Positions 27,401 to 39,199 of a stretch of 64,000 nucleotides of DNA are shown here, in pieces. Both the position numbers and the translations under genes were made by a program. The notes beneath the pieces are model-generated. The model ran no database searches and was not told the origin of the DNA. It worked only from the letters and a program-made list of their open reading frames with translations. Source of the stretch: Malacoraja senta (Eukaryota); assembly GCA_038087875.1 (NCBI GenBank), contig CM075977.1:82522001-82586000 (forward strand), read 5' to 3'. How positions within the stretch are numbered: position 1 is the stretch's first letter; each line of letters starts with the position of its first letter.

Positions 27401-28326
27401 CTGACTATCGTGGACAGGTGGGCGGAGGCATGAGCGAGGGCCATTGTCTCAAATTGGGTCGCTCGTTTCGGGGTCCCCCTCAGATATAACGACAGAAGAG
27501 GGCCCAGTTCACCTCTTCCCTATGGGGCGGTGTGGCGCAGATGTACGGCGCTAAGTTACATCAAACTACTGCTTACCACCCCGAGTCTAACGGGTTGGTC
27601 GATCGATTCCACAGACATCTTAAGTCGGCGTTAAAGGCACGACTCACCGGCCCCGATTGGGTCGACCAGTTACCTTGGGTCCTCCTGGGCATCAGGACAA
27701 CGCCCAAGGAAGTCATCAAAGCTTCCTCGGCCGAGTTGGTTTATGGCTCGGTTTTGCGGGTTCCCGGGGATTGCTTGCCTGCCCCCCGGGATCAGGAGAA
27801 TTCTACCTCGCAAGTGTTGGAGGACCTTCGCGAGCGGGCGCGCGCTTTGGTCCCAGTTCCCACTTCCCGGCATGGTTCGTCTTCGGTTCATGTGCCTTCT
27901 GTGTTATGGGATTGTGCTTATGTTTTTCTACGTAGAGACGCTCATCGCTCGCCGTTACAGCGGGTGTATGAGGGTCCGTACAAGGTGATCAATGCGGGGG
28001 TTTCAACATTCACTTTGGACATGGGTGGCAGAGAGGATTTCGTTTCTGCAAGCCGCCTCAAGCCTGCACATGTCGACGAGGATAGCCCAGTGACAGTGGC
28101 TACTCCACGGCGTAGAGGACATCCGCCTGCCGTTTTGACACCCTCTACACCTGTCCTATCCGGTTGCGTTTCTCCGGTCCCCTTTGTTACTCCCGTCCCT
28201 CGTTTGCGTTTTTCGCGTCCCTCCGGTCCTGTTGTGCTCGCCCCGCGACCGCGGACAACACGTTCCGGTCGCACCGTCCGTTTACCCGCGCGTTTCCGTA
28301 CTGCGGATTCTGGGGGGGCCATGTAG
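24472..28326 (+). pseudogene. gag-pol of the Gypsy element; integrase frameshifted and deleted
   Basis: ORF 24472-27489 carries gag, PR, RT and RH. Frameshift at ~27250 in the integrase Zn finger, a deletion after LTIVDR, catalytic E->D (GLVDRFHR vs GLVERFHR in the second copy), and a GPY motif in ORF 27532-28326. Confidence 0.88.
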
Positions 28327-28548
28327 CGGTGCCACCTAGCGCACACAGTTATCGAACCCGGCGTTCGGAAGCCGCGGTCACGTGATCCGGGAGGGGACGT
28401 TGTTTTCGCGCGGTTTTCCCTTGGCGCGAGTTAGTTCAGTGCTGACCACCGATGTGGTCAGACGTGTTTGACAAACCTGTGTACTGCAACTTACTTTCGA
28501 ATAAAGTTTTTGGTTGAAACTCCAGTAGTCGTTTCTCAAACCGCTAAA
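28322..28548 (+). repeat. 3' LTR (227 bp, TG...AA)
   Basis: Direct repeat of the 5' LTR, preceded by the PPT and followed by TSD GCAT. Confidence 0.93.
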
Positions 28549-29550
28549 GCATCATCATTCAAATTTTACACAATTTGTAATATTCTAGGATTTTATTGAA
28601 TTGTATAATTAATGAATTTAAAAAAAATCTTTAAGAAAACGTTCTCTTGATTAAAGAGTAGAAATTGTTTAGTACGGGAATCTATGATTAATTTAATTTA
28701 AAACATGTATTTACAACATTTCTCACGTCTATTCTCTGTCCTCATTCCTCCAATCAGATTATTTGTAATAAACAAGCCTTCACCACAATCTTTGAACTGG
28801 CAGCATTACAGTCTTTCTCAGTCTCCACCCTTGCGTGTACTCTATAATTTAAAACATGTTTGATTTTAATCTTTTTTTAGTTTTGATCTAAGGTCTTCAA
28901 CCTGAAACATTAACTATTTCAGTTTCCATACATGCTGCCAAATCAGCTGAATGTTTGCAGTTTTTTAAAATTTTATTGTATTTACCAAATATCTTTAACA
29001 TAGTAAAACAACCTTTACAGTTTGTACTGTAATCTACAATGATTTGCATATTTACCCGTTAGCCTCTCTGTTCTTACGCCCCTTAAAGATTGTACCAATC
29101 AACGTATATTGCCTCTTCATTCTTCCTACCAAAATAGTAAAGTAAAGTAAAGTATCCTTTTATTGTCATTCAGACCTTTCGGTCTGAACAAAATTTCGTT
29201 GCCTTACAGTCATAATAAAATAACAAAATACAATAGCTTTCATCCTTATGAACATCTAACCAAAACGATTGTTCTTTTTACTCTTCCAAAAACTCCCCTT
29301 GTCCTAAATCCACAGAAGTATATTCAGCTCTGATTTCTACTTCTTTGTATGGGAAACATACTCAATAACAGCTGGTGCTGGGAGTAATCCAGAGTTTTCT
29401 ACCTTTTTAGGAGCTGTTCTATAATTTGCTGACAATAACTGTATTTCTGGACATAGTGTTGACATTATAGTGAGGAAGTTATATCTTAGTTAGATATTGA
29501 AAAAGTGGTTTAAAACATTAATACACCAAAGAGATTAAGAGAGGTGCTGG

Positions 29551-29681
29551 TTTAAGAAAGAACTGCAGATGCTGGAAAAATCGAAGGTAGACAAAAGTGC
29601 TAGAGAAACTCAGCGGGTGAGGTAGCATCTATGGAGCGAAGGAATAGGTGACGTTTCGGGTTGAGACCCTTCTTCAGACAG
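29551..29681 (-). mobile_element. Penelope-derived mini-element with intact minimal hammerhead core
   Basis: Minus strand reads GUCUGAAGAAGGGUCUCAACCCGAAACGUCACC; 14-bp TSD aagagag(g/t)tgctgg at 29537-29550 and 29682-29695. Confidence 0.8.
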
Positions 29682-30526
29682 AAGAGAGTTGCTGGAATAG
29701 GTTGGGTTCATTACTGTATGAGTACAAGATGAACTGTTTGTGGATAATATTGTCAAAGAGCAGCACATCGATGAGCTGGAGAAGCAAACAAAGAATGGAC
29801 CTCGAGTTCAGGAAAGTAACTGGATTTGGGAAGGGAAGCCATCGCATAAATGCTTGGTGAAATTCTGAGAGGAAAAAGAGCAACAAGATAAGGAGAGTTT
29901 TAATATTATGTCTTAGACATAGACAGGCACAGAAAGAAGCTATTCAGCGCATTGCATATTTGTTAGCTCGCGGATGAGCAATCCCATTCCACCTCTCCAT
30001 ATTTCTCTGTAATGTACTCTTCTCTCACATACTAATCAATTTCCCCTTTGATTTATTTTGCATTAACTTTCACTACAGCAACTGGGGAGGATGCTGTAAT
30101 TTTGAACAGTTAAAGGGTGCAGAAAATGGTAGATACTGCAAATCAAAACAAAAATGCTGGAAACATTCAGCAGGTCAGAACATCTGTAGAAAGTTAATTA
30201 CAATTATCGTTTCAGGTCAAGAACACTTCATCTGATGACCTGAAATATTAATTCTGTTTCTCTTTCCATAAAATTTCTGTTGTTATTAAGGCACAGATAT
30301 TGAGGTATAACTCTCCAAGCCTATGGTTAGAGAATATCAAAAGAAAAGTCACATTTCAAGTTCCCAGATAAATCAAAGTACTCCCTATTGCTTTTAAAGT
30401 ATAACCCTCTTGTTAGGTTGGGGAAACCCCCCCAATTAGTGTGCTACCAGGCTGTACGAACAACCAGATAGATATTGGTTGACTCAGCGGGTCAGGCAGC
30501 ATCTCTGGAGAAAAGAATAGGTAAGA

Positions 30527-31481
30527 CTAGGCTAAGTGGGACCCGTTGGGGGTGTAGGGGATGGGGTGGTGTGTGGAGGGGGTGTGTGTGGGGGGGGGAA
30601 GGTGGTGTGTGGGGGGGGTGTGGAGGGGAGGGGGGGGAGGTGGGGGGGAGGGGGGTGTGGGAGAGGGGGGTGGGTTGTGGGGGGAGGGTGTGTATTTGGG
30701 AGGGGGGTGGGGGGGAGGGGGGTGTGGGCTCAGCGGCTCCGACTCCGGCCACACTCACCGGCTGCAGGACCCGGCTCCAGACTCACTGTCAGGCTCCAGG
30801 ACCTGGCTCCTGTCACACTCAGTGGCTCCCAGCCCCGGCTGCACTCATCGGCAGCCGGCTCGTCATGGTGGTCCCCGCCCGCGAACACAGCAGCCCTCGC
30901 CCGCACTCCGTTCCTTCAGCTTTATTCTCCCCGCTGGTGATTGACAGCGGGTGCCGGAAGGGGCGTCGCTGTCCCCGCGGACAACAGACCAATAACTTAA
31001 AAAAAATATTTCACAGATTTTAATAAAACTGGATGCACTTGCAGCACAGGAGAATGGCGAGTAATGTGGCGAAAAATCATAGTGCTATGGGGGATTGTTT
31101 TTGTGCAAATCTAAAAACAATGCAAACCGGAAGAGGACAAGATGAGAGTTTTAATAATAGCATAGAAGAAGATAGAAGATAGATAGCGACATATGGAGAT
31201 GAAGATAAAGATAGAGAAGGATGAAGATAGGATATAGAGATGGATAAGGATGGAGATAGAGATAGATAAGGATAGAGATAGATGAGGATAGAAGATAGAG
31301 ATGGATTAGGATAGAAGATAGGAGATAGAGATGGATAAGTATAGAAGAGGAAGATGGAAGAAGAAGGAGGAAGATGAAGAGGAAGATAGAAGATGGAGAA
31401 GAAGATAGAAGATGGAGAGGAAGATGGAGAGGAAGATAGAAGATGGAGAGGAAGATGGAAGATAGATAGAAGACAGATAGA
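30527..31481 (-). mobile_element. Non-autonomous Helitron with G-rich tract and (GATAGA/GAAGAT)n-expanded 5' end, nested in a Penelope mini-element
   Basis: 3' end ctaggctaagtgggacccgttggg is nearly identical to the Helitron end at 54426; 5' TC on the minus strand at 31481-31480; A|T insertion site; the flanks rejoin into the pLTR sequence. Confidence 0.7.
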
Positions 31482-31899
31482 TTTCAGGTCGAGACCCTTC
31501 TTCAGATTTGGTTGTTTTCATTAATGCCAGTTCTAAGTTTGTAACAAAAAACATCTTAAGACAATAGTATGGGCAGAAAACAAAGGAGACATTCATACAA
31601 GAGGTTGTGGAATTGATCTTTGCTCTGGCTGAGATGTCCGGAACGAGGGGTGGTCCTTTGAGGAGAGAGATAAGAAGAAATGCCTTCACGCGCAGGGTGA
31701 TGAATTCTTGGAATCAAGGTATACAGCGCCAGTATAGGAAAGTGCCATTGAGGTAAAATGGCACAGCATTTACGGGCCCAAACGACATAATCCTGCTGCT
31801 ATTTCGCATGTTCACCTGTTTAAAGTAATATTTGTGGATGATACTTCTTGGCTAAAATTGCAACGTATTCTGTTCTAAGTTTTCGTGTTCTTGCAGTGG

Positions 31900-32916
31900 C
31901 TCGAAGGTTGCAGTAGGGGCCGCATACCAGATGGTGCACTCAAGCAGACACTACTAAATAGCCACTCGGTTGCTGGAGTGCCAGTTTGAAGTTGTAGCGT
32001 GACTTTATTTCGTGGGTTTCGGTCTTGCTTCATTAAGTAGAACATGCAACAACTTTGTTGACTGTTTAGGTCAGCTTGCGAAGATACTTCTTTATTGAAC
32101 CCCGATGGAAATAAGACGGCAGTTCTTACACGTCAGAGATTACAGCCAGAAGCTCGAGGAAGAGAGAAGCAAAACTTCTCATTTGAGAACCTGAGTCTAG
32201 TGGACTTTAGACCGGATAAAACTGCGTTGGACCTTTTACCTGTACACAGCCGCCCCCCTACAATTGTGGTACTTGGAGTTCAACTTCCAAATGTGAGTGT
32301 TATGTGAAACAGCAAATTTATGAACTAGTTTTGGGTTGTTTGCAGAGGCCGCACCCATAGTACTCTCGGTGCGCAACTTAACCTATCCATGTAAGCAGCA
32401 ATACACATTTAGTTGCACTTACACCTTGGCCGTGATTATTACACAAAAATCCGAGAAGTAAGTTGTTCACAATCTCTTATCTTTGTTCTGTTGACTGCTG
32501 TGCAGATTTAGTTGGTGATTTATAATAGACATTTCGTTCGGAAGTGTCTATCATAAATGTGGTTATTTGCCTACTGAGCTGCCAACACCGGGGCCTTAAA
32601 ATCGCAATGAAATCAACATTTGGCAATGATACGCCTCCTGCCACCGGATTCTCTGGACCCGGAACTGGTGCAGGGGCCTCGCGCTGGGAATGGGGCTGGG
32701 ACGGGCGCGCGCCCAGTGCCTGCCAGAGAGCGTCGGGGACGCGCACGCGTGTCCGTCATGCTCGTGCTGGGAGCGCCCCTAGATGGGAAATGAGCTGCAG
32801 AGCCGAGGACTTTGGAAATGCAGAAGGGGAGAGGTGGACAGCCAAGTGGCAATAAGTTATTTGTCAAATGTAGATGAGAACTAACATCGTCAGCAAAGTA
32901 CATTTGAATGGTGAGT
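31900..32916 (+). promoter_or_regulatory. CpG island with candidate first exon ending at donor ATG|GTGAGT (possible 5' end of divergent neighbour, e.g. SGK3)
   Basis: Non-repetitive CpG-rich region (gggcgcgcgccc, cgcacgcg) and consensus donor GTGAGT at 32911-32916. Gene identity rests only on human VCPIP1-SGK3 synteny. Confidence 0.5.
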
Positions 32917-32931
32917 AACGCTTAATCTGAA

Positions 32932-33136
32932 GATAGACACAAAGTGCTGGAGTAACTCAGCGGGACAGGCAGCATCTCTGGAGAGAAGGAATGAATGGGT
33001 GATGTTTCGGGTCGATACCCTTCTTCTTCAGATCCATTCCATCTATCCAGAGATGCTGCCTGACCCGCTGTTATTCTAGCTTTTTGTGCCTATCTTCTGT
33101 GTAAACCAGCATCTGCAGTTCCTTCCAACACACAAG
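32932..33136. mobile_element. Penelope-derived fold-back mini-element
   Basis: Inverted arms; 12-bp TSD GCTTAATCTGAA at 32920-32931 and 33137-33148. Confidence 0.85.
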
Positions 33137-33687
33137 GCTTAATCTGAACCCGGTACTCTCGTGGATTTGTTTCTGTACGCAGTGAGGAATTTAATAATGT
33201 ATTTGGCACTTAGAAATTACAACCCTAATTCGGGCCATCCGAACGGTCTCAAGTTCCTATAAAGTTGAGTGTCATATTAATGAAGATACAAAGTTTAGTT
33301 GGTGCAATCTGCCTCCTGTTATAAAACAAGGCGGAAAAACTAAGTTTAAACAACTAAAAAACAAAATAAATATGTTGGATATATTAGGGGGGGGGGGGGG
33401 TTTAGAAATTGCTGAAAAAAACTCAACAGGTCAGGCAACAGAGTGCATTTTAAGTCTAATCGACTTGACTTACATTTTCATTTGCGATTGTGGTGTGATC
33501 ATAGAATAAATGTCAATACCCTAATCTGAAGTTCCACTCTTCATATGTGGTTTGCACACTCACCAACAGTTGCTCTGGTTGGTGAGAGTGAGAGTTGGTT
33601 TATATGAATGTCAGCATTTCAATTGCCTGCTGCTCTAAGCTATTTTGTTAAAGTGTTATCTTCTAATTTTGTAATATGCTGGTTCTT

Positions 33688-34010
33688 AAGGTCATGTAGA
33701 ATTAGGCCATTCGGCCCATCAAGTCTACTCCGCCATTCAATCGTGGCTGATCTATCTCTCCCTCCTCACCCCATTCTCCTGCCTTCTCCCCATAACCTCT
33801 GAAACCTGTACTAATCAAGAATCTATCTATCTGCCTTAAAAATATCCACTGACGTGGCCTGCACGGCCTTCTGTGGCAAAGAATTCCACAGAATCACCAC
33901 CCTCTGATTAAAGAAATTTCTCCTCATCTCCTTCCTAAAAGATAATCCTTTAATTCTGAGGCTATGACCTCTAGTCCTAGACTCTCCCACTAGTGGAAAC
34001 ATCCTCTTAT
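33688..34010 (-). mobile_element. CR1/HER1-like LINE 3' end
   Basis: aggccattcggccc tail and body, reverse complement of the 4500-4740 type sequence. Confidence 0.75.
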
Positions 34011-34099
34011 CCTATTTCAATGTAGAAATCCCTGGGAAAGACAATTCTACTTCTAAGTATTCCCTCCCAGTATATTTCAAAAGAAAGTACGATGAACAG

Positions 34100-34418
34100 G
34101 GCAACACAGTGGCACAGCTGGCAAAACTGCTGCCGCACAGCGTTAGAGACCTTGGTTCAATCCTGGCCTTTGGTGTTGTTTGTGTGGAGTTTGCACATTC
34201 TCCCTGTTACTGTGTGGGTTTCCTCCAGGTGCTCTGGTTTACTCCCACATCCTGAAGATGTGCAGGTTTGTAGGTTAATTGGTCTTTGTAAATTACCCCT
34301 TGTGGGTAGGGAGTGGGTGCGAAAGTGGATAATATAGAAGTAGGGTGAAGGAATGATTGATGGTCAGTGTGGACTTGGTGGGTCAAAGGGCCTGTTTCCA
34401 TGTTGTATCTTTTATTCA
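34100..34418 (+). mobile_element. HE1-like SINE
   Basis: tRNA-like head (tggcacagctgg...ggttcaatcc), V-domain-type gtgtggagtttgcacattctcc, CR1-like tail. Confidence 0.8.
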
Positions 34419-34514
34419 ATCAAACAGCCTGGAATCTCACTGCAAGCAATATTCCCTTCCCTTTGAATCTTTAGTGAAAAAGTTGATTTATCCACAAAAT
34501 CTACAACATAGAAC

Positions 34515-34720
34515 TAGGATAAAACAAAATGCTGGAATAAGTCAGCGGGACAGACAGCATCACTGGAGAGAAGGAATAAGTGACGTTTCGGGTTGAGCCC
34601 CTTCTTCAGACTGAAAACATCACCAATTCCTTCTCTCCAGAGATGCTGCCTGTCCTGCTGAGTTACTCCAGGATTTTGTGTCTACCTTTGATTTAAACCA
34701 CCATCTGCAGTTCTTTCCTA
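34515..34720. mobile_element. Penelope-derived fold-back mini-element with intact minus-strand hammerhead core
   Basis: 34612->34579 reads AGU CUGAAGA A GGG gcucaa CCC GAAAC GUC ACU. Confidence 0.8.
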
Positions 34721-35879
34721 AAAGAAAAGGTATCTAGATTAAACATTAATGTCTTCCAGAACTATTATATCTGCAATTATTTTATGAGACTGATTTTATC
34801 TGTCTTTTTCTTTTAGAATGAGGAAATTAGAATTGTGTTATAAAATGTGAATATTATCTATTACTTGCATGGAAATATACCACAGAAAAGTGAGTCATTT
34901 AATATAAAAGTAGGCTGAAGGAACTCAGTGGGTCATGCAGCATCTGTGGAGGTAATGGACAGATGACATTTTGGGTTGGGTCCCTTCTTCGTTTTTTGCT
35001 CACAATTCCAGTAATTTCTTGTGAGTCATTGTGCTTTTGTTCCTTTTCTACTCGAGCTTCTACATGTCAGTGAAATACTACAATCCCTCTCTTCATTTGG
35101 TGTCCAGCATCCAATCAAACACGTCTATATACTTTGCCTCAGCTAGTTTCTGAGGAAGGGTTCCACTTTCTGAGTAAAACAATGTCTTGTGAATTATTTA
35201 TTGTATTGATGTTCTTTGGATTTACTTTTCACCATAAATGGAAACGCAACTATTTCTCAGTCAATTTCATAATTTCTATGGACCTCTTTTTGGTTACCTC
35301 TCCGGCTCCCATTCTTCCTCCACCCATCCCAAAATAAACAAGACACTGCCTGTTTGTCCATTCCTAATAAGAATAAGGGTTATTACATAATTCTATACCC
35401 TATTACACTCTTGCAAATGTCTCTATCTTTTGAATAAAAATTCAACAAAAACTTTGCACGTTATCCCCAGTGTGATGTAATCAACGTTTGATAAAGTCTT
35501 ATTCCTCCAGAAGCCGTAGAATTCTAATCCAGGTATTGAGAAATTGATTTAATTGGTTAAAAAATAACACTTAACTGCACCATTTTGATTTGGAGGGTCA
35601 CAAGCTTAATTCTGCGTGACTGGCAGCTGATGTGTGATGTTGTTTTCAAGTCTTCCTGCAGCACTTTAAAAATAAATTAAGTTAATTGGTGGCATGTTAG
35701 ATTGTTTACCAGGTAGGTTGAGCGCTTGGCTCATGACATAGTCTCCAGTTTCTAAAGATAACCGACAACCTATGGTGATCAGGAATTGGATCTTCTATGA
35801 GACCGTAGCCAAAAATGTGAGTTTGCTCCATGGTTAAAGAAAATGCAAAGAATAACTTTAATTTTGAGTGCCATGCATA

Positions 35880-36590
35880 CTAGAGTCATAGGGTCATAAA
35901 TCATGGAAACAGCACCTTCAGCCCAACTTGTCTATGCCGCACAAGATGTCCGATCCAAGCAAGCCCCATTTCCGCACGTTTGGCCGATACCCATTTTAAC
36001 CTTTCCTATCTACGTACCTGTCCAAATGACTTTTAAATATTGTTATTGTACATGCCTCAAATATCTCCTCAGGCAGATTGTTTAATTAAACTCACCACTC
36101 CCGTGTGAAAAAGGTGCCCCTCGAGTTCCTATCAAATCTTTACCCTTCTCATATTAAACCTATGCCCTCTAGATCTTGATTCCCCCTACTCTGGGGAAAT
36201 AAAATCTGTGCGTTCACCCAATCTATTTCTCCATGACTTTACAAATTGCTATAAGATCACCCCTCACCCTATTGCTCTCCAAGGAATAAAGTTCTATCCT
36301 GCACAACCTCTCCCTATAGCGCAGACCCTTGAGTCCTGGAAACATTCTTGTAATTTTTCTCTGCACTCTTTCAGCTTAATGCCATTTTTCCTATAGCAGG
36401 GTGACTAAAACTGAGCACAATACTTAAAGTGTATCCTCACAAACATCTTGTACAACTGTAACATAACGTCCACATTTCTGTGCTCCATTCCCTGACTGAT
36501 GAAGCCCAACGTGCCAAAAGCCTTTTTTTTCACCACCCTTTTTAGCTGGGGCACCACTTTCAGGGATCTATGTAGTTGTACTCCTAGACA
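35880..36590 (-). mobile_element. CR1-like LINE 3' fragment
   Basis: Reverse-complement CR1 tail and ORF2 C-terminal remnants. Confidence 0.7.
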
Positions 36591-39199
36591 CGATCAGTGA
36601 TTGCTGGTCCTTATGTGTGTTCCCATTTGAAGGTTGGCTGGATTGAAGTTGCTTGCCAGCCGTTGAACTGGCCATCTTCCAACTGCCAAGAAAGCTGAAG
36701 AAACAAGGAAATACAGATTCCGCTTAACCAAGAAAAGGCACTAAAAAAACTTCTTCAAAGTAGGCAGACCTTGAGGCGATTTTGCAGTGGAGCATCAAAA
36801 TATCAGAAACAAGGAAATTCCAGACGGGAAACATCAGGTTGAAGAACAGTCCCTACTGTTCTGCGATCCATCTCTGTCAAGATTTATTGGTACAATTGGG
36901 CTGCTAAATGCTGGTTAGTCTCTAACTGAGTAAGACCTGGATTATTCCAGGGCCTCTGGCTCAGTCTGACATTGGGTTGAGATGAATTTTGTGAATCCAT
37001 GGAATTGTATGCCCAAAATACTAGCCAACAAGGGAGGATATGCTGGGTTAAATAATTAAATGAAGACAGAATGGTCTTGAGTGGTTTGAATTTTTAAATA
37101 CAGCTTTTAACTTTCTATTTCCTCCCTGATGATTGACATGGAAACCCCAATGACATTTTCCAACTGTTTTCTGGGGCCATTCCTTACACCATAAAGAAAA
37201 GAACACGACTAACAAACATTGCCAAGGGTTTCCATATTAGTCACCAGCCTCAATCAGTCGACATCTCCCCGCCTGGCAATAATTAATGAGTGAGACTGAA
37301 TTTGTCACAGGGTCAGCCTCCCAAATATAGTAAGAACATTGGCAGTGTCATCAATGTGCATTACCTAGGAAACATTACAACTACAAGATCATTGTGTGCA
37401 AATGTTGGGTCTGAATATTTGGCCTATGATTTTTGATATTTTGAAAGCTATTGAGGAACATATTACTGGATCACTGTCACTGGATTATTTTCATTGAACT
37501 GGCTATATTTGCATGCCTACAGTTCAGGGCATCCGTTAAACTGTTAAGAATTTAAGCACAAATTAATTTTCCATCATAGAAATTGCAATTTTGCATTAAT
37601 TATTTTGCTGTTCCAAATTTAATTATTTTGCAGTGGATGCTTTAAATTTCTAGCAGTGGAGAGTACAGCTTTGCCATCTATCTTTTTCCCCAGTAAGAAT
37701 ATTTATAATGTACTTATATACGTTTATATTAAAACATTTGAAACTTTGTGCTTTCATTTGGAACTCTTTTCAACTGAGTATATTCCATTTAGAAATCTGT
37801 TCAGTCCCTGGCTACCACTTCCTGTCCTGTGGCACTCTTCCATGAAACCACAGGAGTTTAGAAAAGTGAATGAAATCCAGGGTAGAGCAAAGTAGAAAGC
37901 AATGTCCTTTCTTAAGAAACAGAATTTATTTACTTCCAAATAATGAACGTTTACGGATGCAGTACAGAACGACTGCATCTGAGTATCTGGTTTAGGAATT
38001 TTTCAATCATGTTAAGCCAGGAAATGTTTGCCCTATTTTTCACAATACTCTTAAGAAATTCAGAGGGTTTTAAAATTGTAAATACATTATTTGTCTTTTG
38101 TGGCCAAATCAATCAGTTTATTATGTCATATCAGCCGAGATCATTTAGAATTGCTGGGATAGGCTTGAAGAGACAAGTCGCCGACTCCTGATCCTATTTT
38201 CATGTCAGATTAAGTTCCATTTTTATGGCATTGCAGTTTTGTACAATTAACTCCTGGCCTCACACAAATAACTTTCCAAAGCCTGTTATAAGTTATACTG
38301 CTGCATACCAAGATGGCATGTATTGCTATCTCCAATCCTGCCTGAAAAATCTGAAGCAGTGATTTTTATTATTTAACTTCTTGATATAAAGCAGAAAATG
38401 TTGGAGATGCTCACTAGGTCAGGTAGCACCTGCTGAGAGGAAAGGGGGTGATAATACTGACTGATGACCTTTAATTAGAACCAGAAAAATCATTGACTTG
38501 AAACATTAACCCTGTTTCTCCTTCTAGTTCCACTATTTAACCTCCTGTAGCATTGTCTGTTTTTGTGTCACATTTCCAACATCTGCAGTTTTTTATTTTG
38601 TTTTTGGCTTCCTGGGGCCTTTCCAAATATCAATAATGAACTAGACAAAGCCTTTCTTTGTCATGCACATGAGCTGCCTGATTTGACAGCTTGAATTAAT
38701 GGTAAATCGAATTTCACTGTACCTTAATTGGTACATGTGACAATAAACTGACCTTGAGATCTTGAAATTGGATTTTGTCACATTGTACTTAAATCTTGTC
38801 GTAACTCTGCATACTTTATATTGGACTCATGATAGACTGCAACTGTCACTTATTTGGGCAAATGGGTTAATTCTTTGAATGCCGATATTTTATTATTGGA
38901 GAAATCTCATGAAGATCAAATCCAAGTCCTCTTGTCCAGAAAAGTTAAAGATTCATGAATTGAATAACCATTCTTGGATTATCTACTGTCTTAAAAACAT
39001 TCCCCTCTGTCTTGTCCACTTACCATCCCAGTTATATTGATATTTGATTACACATTGATATTGGATGAACATTTTCTGATTTTCACATGCACTTGTTAGA
39101 ATAGCTGGCAGAAGGCTAAAATAGCAACCTGGAATGGAATGACATATTGCTGGGCACAAGGAGATCTTAAGGAAAGTACCATTTTGTATATTTCCGGTT

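Larger units (their letters stand above)
24203..28548 (+). mobile_element. Full-length Gypsy LTR retrotransposon, CsRn1-like clade, defective
   Basis: LTRs 24203-24428 and 28322-28548 (~9 substitutions + 1 indel by eye); 4-bp TSD GCAT (24199-24202, 28549-28552); tRNA-Trp-type PBS; PPT G7 at 28312-28318; domain order gag-PR(LVDSGA)-RT(YLDD)-RH(VDASD)-IN; CHCC-type Gag motif CYYHQRYGLRARRCRSPC. Confidence 0.95.

Noticed and set aside
24472-27489. 1005-aa ORF as an intact active gag-pol or domesticated host gene
   Set aside because: It skips the Gag CHCC motif, runs out of frame in the integrase Zn finger, and sits between LTRs with a TSD. It is best read as a defective provirus-like copy.
30475-31689. 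Gly/Pro/Ser-rich ORFs (also 4966-5477)
   Set aside because: Translations of low-complexity G-runs and purine microsatellites.
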